Shown here: positions 62,141-64,000 of the stretch, piece by piece | Layout: each line of letters starts with the position of its first letter | Position numbering within the stretch: the first letter of the stretch is position 1 | Origin: an uncultured Actinomycetota bacterium | GTDB lineage: Bacteria; Actinomycetota; Actinomycetes; Prado026 | Direction of reading: 5' to 3' | Assembly: GCA_963849365.1 (NCBI GenBank) | Contig: CAWKHA010000004.1 | Span: forward strand, 1,430,227-1,494,226 | Length of the DNA stretch: 64,000 bases | Made by a program: the position numbers and the translations under genes | Notes under the pieces: model-generated | What the model saw: only the letters and a program-made list of their open reading frames with translations | Database searches by the model: none | Told to the model about the DNA's origin: nothing

Positions 62141-63748
62141 GTGGGACACGTCGACGTCAGCAGGCTCGGGCACGTCCTCCCGGACGGCCGGGTCCTGCTG
62201 GACGAGGTCTCGTTCCGGGTCGGCGACGGCGCGAAGGTGGCGCTGGTCGGGGCCAACGGCGCGGGCAAGACCACGTTGCTGCGCCTGGTCGCCGGCGACG
62301 ACGTCCCGCAGACGGGCACGATCACCCGCAGCGGTGGCCTGGGGGTGATGCGGCAGTTCGTCGGCTCGGTGCGGGACGACTCGACCGTCCGCGACCTGCT
62401 CGTCTCCGTCGCCCAGCCGCGCATCCGGACGGCCGCGCTGGAGCTCGAGGCCGCCGAGCTCGCGATGATGGAGCACGACGACGAGCCCACCCAGCTGGCG
62501 TACGCCCAGGCGATCGCCGACTGGGGCGACGCCGGCGGGTACCCAGCCGAGGTGGTCTGGGACGTCTGCTGCACGCAGGCGCTAGGCACCCCCTGGGAGC
62601 GGGCGCAGTGGAGGGCGGTGCGCACCCTGTCCGGAGGTGAGCAGAAACGGCTCGTGCTGGAGGCGTTGCTGCGCGGTCCGGACGAGGTGCTCCTGCTGGA
62701 CGAGCCGGACAACTACCTGGACGTCCCGGGCAAGCGTTGGCTGGAGGAGGCGCTGACCGCCGCGCCCAAGACCGTCCTGTACGTCAGCCACGACCGGGAG
62801 CTGCTGGCCAGGACCGCCGACCGTGTGGTCACGCTCGAGGGCGGCTCGGCGTGGACGCACGGCGGTGGCTTCGCGACCTACCACGAGGCGCGCCGCGAGC
62901 GCCACGAGCGGCTGGAGGAGATGCTGCGGCGCTGGGACGAGGAGCACGTCCGGCTCAAGGAGCTGGTCCGGACCCTTCAGCAGCAGGCGGCGATCTCCCC
63001 GGACATGGCCAACCGTTACCACGCGATGCAGACCCGGCTGCGCAAGTACGAGGAGGCCGGGCCACCGCAGGCGCCGCCGAAGCCGCAGAACGTACGGATG
63101 CGGCTGTCCGGCGGCCGTACCGGAGTGCGGGCGGTGACCTGCGCCGGACTGGAGCTGACCGGGCTGATGCGCCCGTTCGACCTCGAGGTCTTCTACGGCG
63201 AGCGGGTCGCGGTGCTGGGCAGCAACGGCTCGGGCAAGTCGCACTTCCTGCGGCTGCTCGCGGGTGGCGCGGTGGCGCACACCGGCGAGTGGAAGCTGGG
63301 GGCGCGGGTGGTCCCGGGACACTTCGCCCAGACGCACGAGCACGCCGAGCTGATCGGCCGCCCGCTGCTGGAGGTCCTGTGGGAGCACCGCTCGCTGCAG
63401 ATCGGCCCCGCCATCGCGGCGCTGCGCCGCTACGAGCTGGACGAGCAGGCGGAACAGGCGTTCGACACGCTCTCGGGCGGGCAGCAGGCGCGGTTCCAGA
63501 TCCTGCTGCTGGAGCTGGACGGCGCCACGCTGCTGCTGCTCGACGAGCCGACCGACAACCTCGACCTGGCCAGCGCGGAGGCGCTCCAGGACGGTCTGGA
63601 CGGCTACGACGGGACGGTGCTGGCGGTCACGCACGACCGGTGGTTCGCCCGGACGTTCGACCGTTTCCTGGTCTTCGGGTCCGACGGGCAGGTGTACGAG
63701 GCCCTCGAGCCGGTCTGGGACGAGGGCCGGGTCGACCGCGTCCGCTGA
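62141..63748 (+). CDS. ABC-F family ATPase (tandem ABC domains, no transmembrane domain)
   Basis: Two Walker A sites (GANGAGKTTLL, GSNGSGKSHFL) and two signature motifs (LSGGEQKR, LSGGQQAR). ~75-aa inter-domain linker. Confidence 0.85.
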   Translation: MGHVDVSRLGHVLPDGRVLLDEVSFRVGDGAKVALVGANGAGKTTLLRLVAGDDVPQTGTITRSGGLGVMRQFVGSVRDDSTVRDLLVSVAQPRIRTAALELEAAELAMMEHDDEPTQLAYAQAIADWGDAGGYPAEVVWDVCCTQALGTPWERAQWRAVRTLSGGEQKRLVLEALLRGPDEVLLLDEPDNYLDVPGKRWLEEALTAAPKTVLYVSHDRELLARTADRVVTLEGGSAWTHGGGFATYHEARRERHERLEEMLRRWDEEHVRLKELVRTLQQQAAISPDMANRYHAMQTRLRKYEEAGPPQAPPKPQNVRMRLSGGRTGVRAVTCAGLELTGLMRPFDLEVFYGERVAVLGSNGSGKSHFLRLLAGGAVAHTGEWKLGARVVPGHFAQTHEHAELIGRPLLEVLWEHRSLQIGPAIAALRRYELDEQAEQAFDTLSGGQQARFQILLLELDGATLLLLDEPTDNLDLASAEALQDGLDGYDGTVLAVTHDRWFARTFDRFLVFGSDGQVYEALEPVWDEGRVDRVR

Positions 63749-63777
63749 CCCCACCCGCCCGAGCCCCCTCTTGCGTT

Positions 63778-63832
63778 GATCATGAGAGATGTACACGGAA
63801 TCAGCTCCAGGACGTGCACATCTCTCATGATC
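63778..63832 (+). terminator. Near-perfect 20-bp stem / 15-nt loop hairpin, AT-rich for this genome (gatcatgagagatgtacacg...cgtgcacatctctcatgatc), 30 nt after the ABC-F stop
   Basis: 19 of 20 positions pair. Read from the sequence. Confidence 0.45.
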
Positions 63833-63838
63833 ACGGGG

Positions 63839-63886
63839 GTGGTCGGGGGCGGGGCGGGGATGGTCGGGGGCGGGGCGGGGGCGGGT
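63839..63886 (+). repeat. G-rich 21-22-nt tandem repeat (tggtcgggggcggggcgggg[a/g]) x2, followed by TTTT
   Basis: Read from the sequence. Runs of G4-5 separated by 1-2 nt are compatible with G-quadruplex formation. Confidence 0.6.
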
Positions 63887-64000
63887 TTTGACCCTCCGGA
63901 GGGGCGCCGGGTAGCCTGACCATTCGTTGTGCGCCCGGCCAGGCCTCCGGCCCGGCCCGCACCCCGCGTTCCACCGGAGACATTTCACCGCGACCAGAGG

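Overview
This 64 kb window is a high-GC (about 72-73%) chromosomal segment from an Actinomycetota genome. Gene order resembles Streptomyces and its relatives but is much more compact. From left to right: (a) a tightly packed minus-strand operon of acyl-CoA ligase (partial), rarD, GNAT, korB and korA (2-oxoglutarate:ferredoxin oxidoreductase); (b) a divergently transcribed beta-propeller lipoprotein, followed by a 10-gene complex-I-like operon nuoA-B-C-H-I-J-K-L-M-N with no nuoD/E/F/G, in which every junction is a start/stop overlap; (c) htpX, yajQ, tRNA-Tyr, tRNA-Thr, a sulfotransferase-like protein, a class IV aminotransferase, tRNA-Met, rpmG, an SDR reductase, a hadA/hadB-like dehydratase pair, an unusual fusion protein, murB, adenosine deaminase, aspartate aminotransferase and tRNA-Trp; (d) the universal secE-nusG-rplKAJL-rpoBC-rpsLG-fusA-tuf-S10-spc-alpha ribosomal and RNA polymerase super-cluster, intact and in canonical order (about 37 kb); (e) truA, carbamate kinase and an ABC-F ATPase. 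There is no rRNA, CRISPR array, transposase or integrase. The most unusual items are the N-module- and NuoD-less nuo operon beside korAB, an adenosine deaminase whose only plausible start is a CTG overlapping the upstream stop, recently expanded in-frame tandem repeats in the tails of NusG, L10 and L17, a CysRS-C-terminus-like domain fused to a GT-A-like domain and coupled to hadAB, and two long low-GC hairpins, one of which sequesters the arcC ribosome-binding site. All calls rest on reading the supplied translations and DNA by eye; no database search was run.
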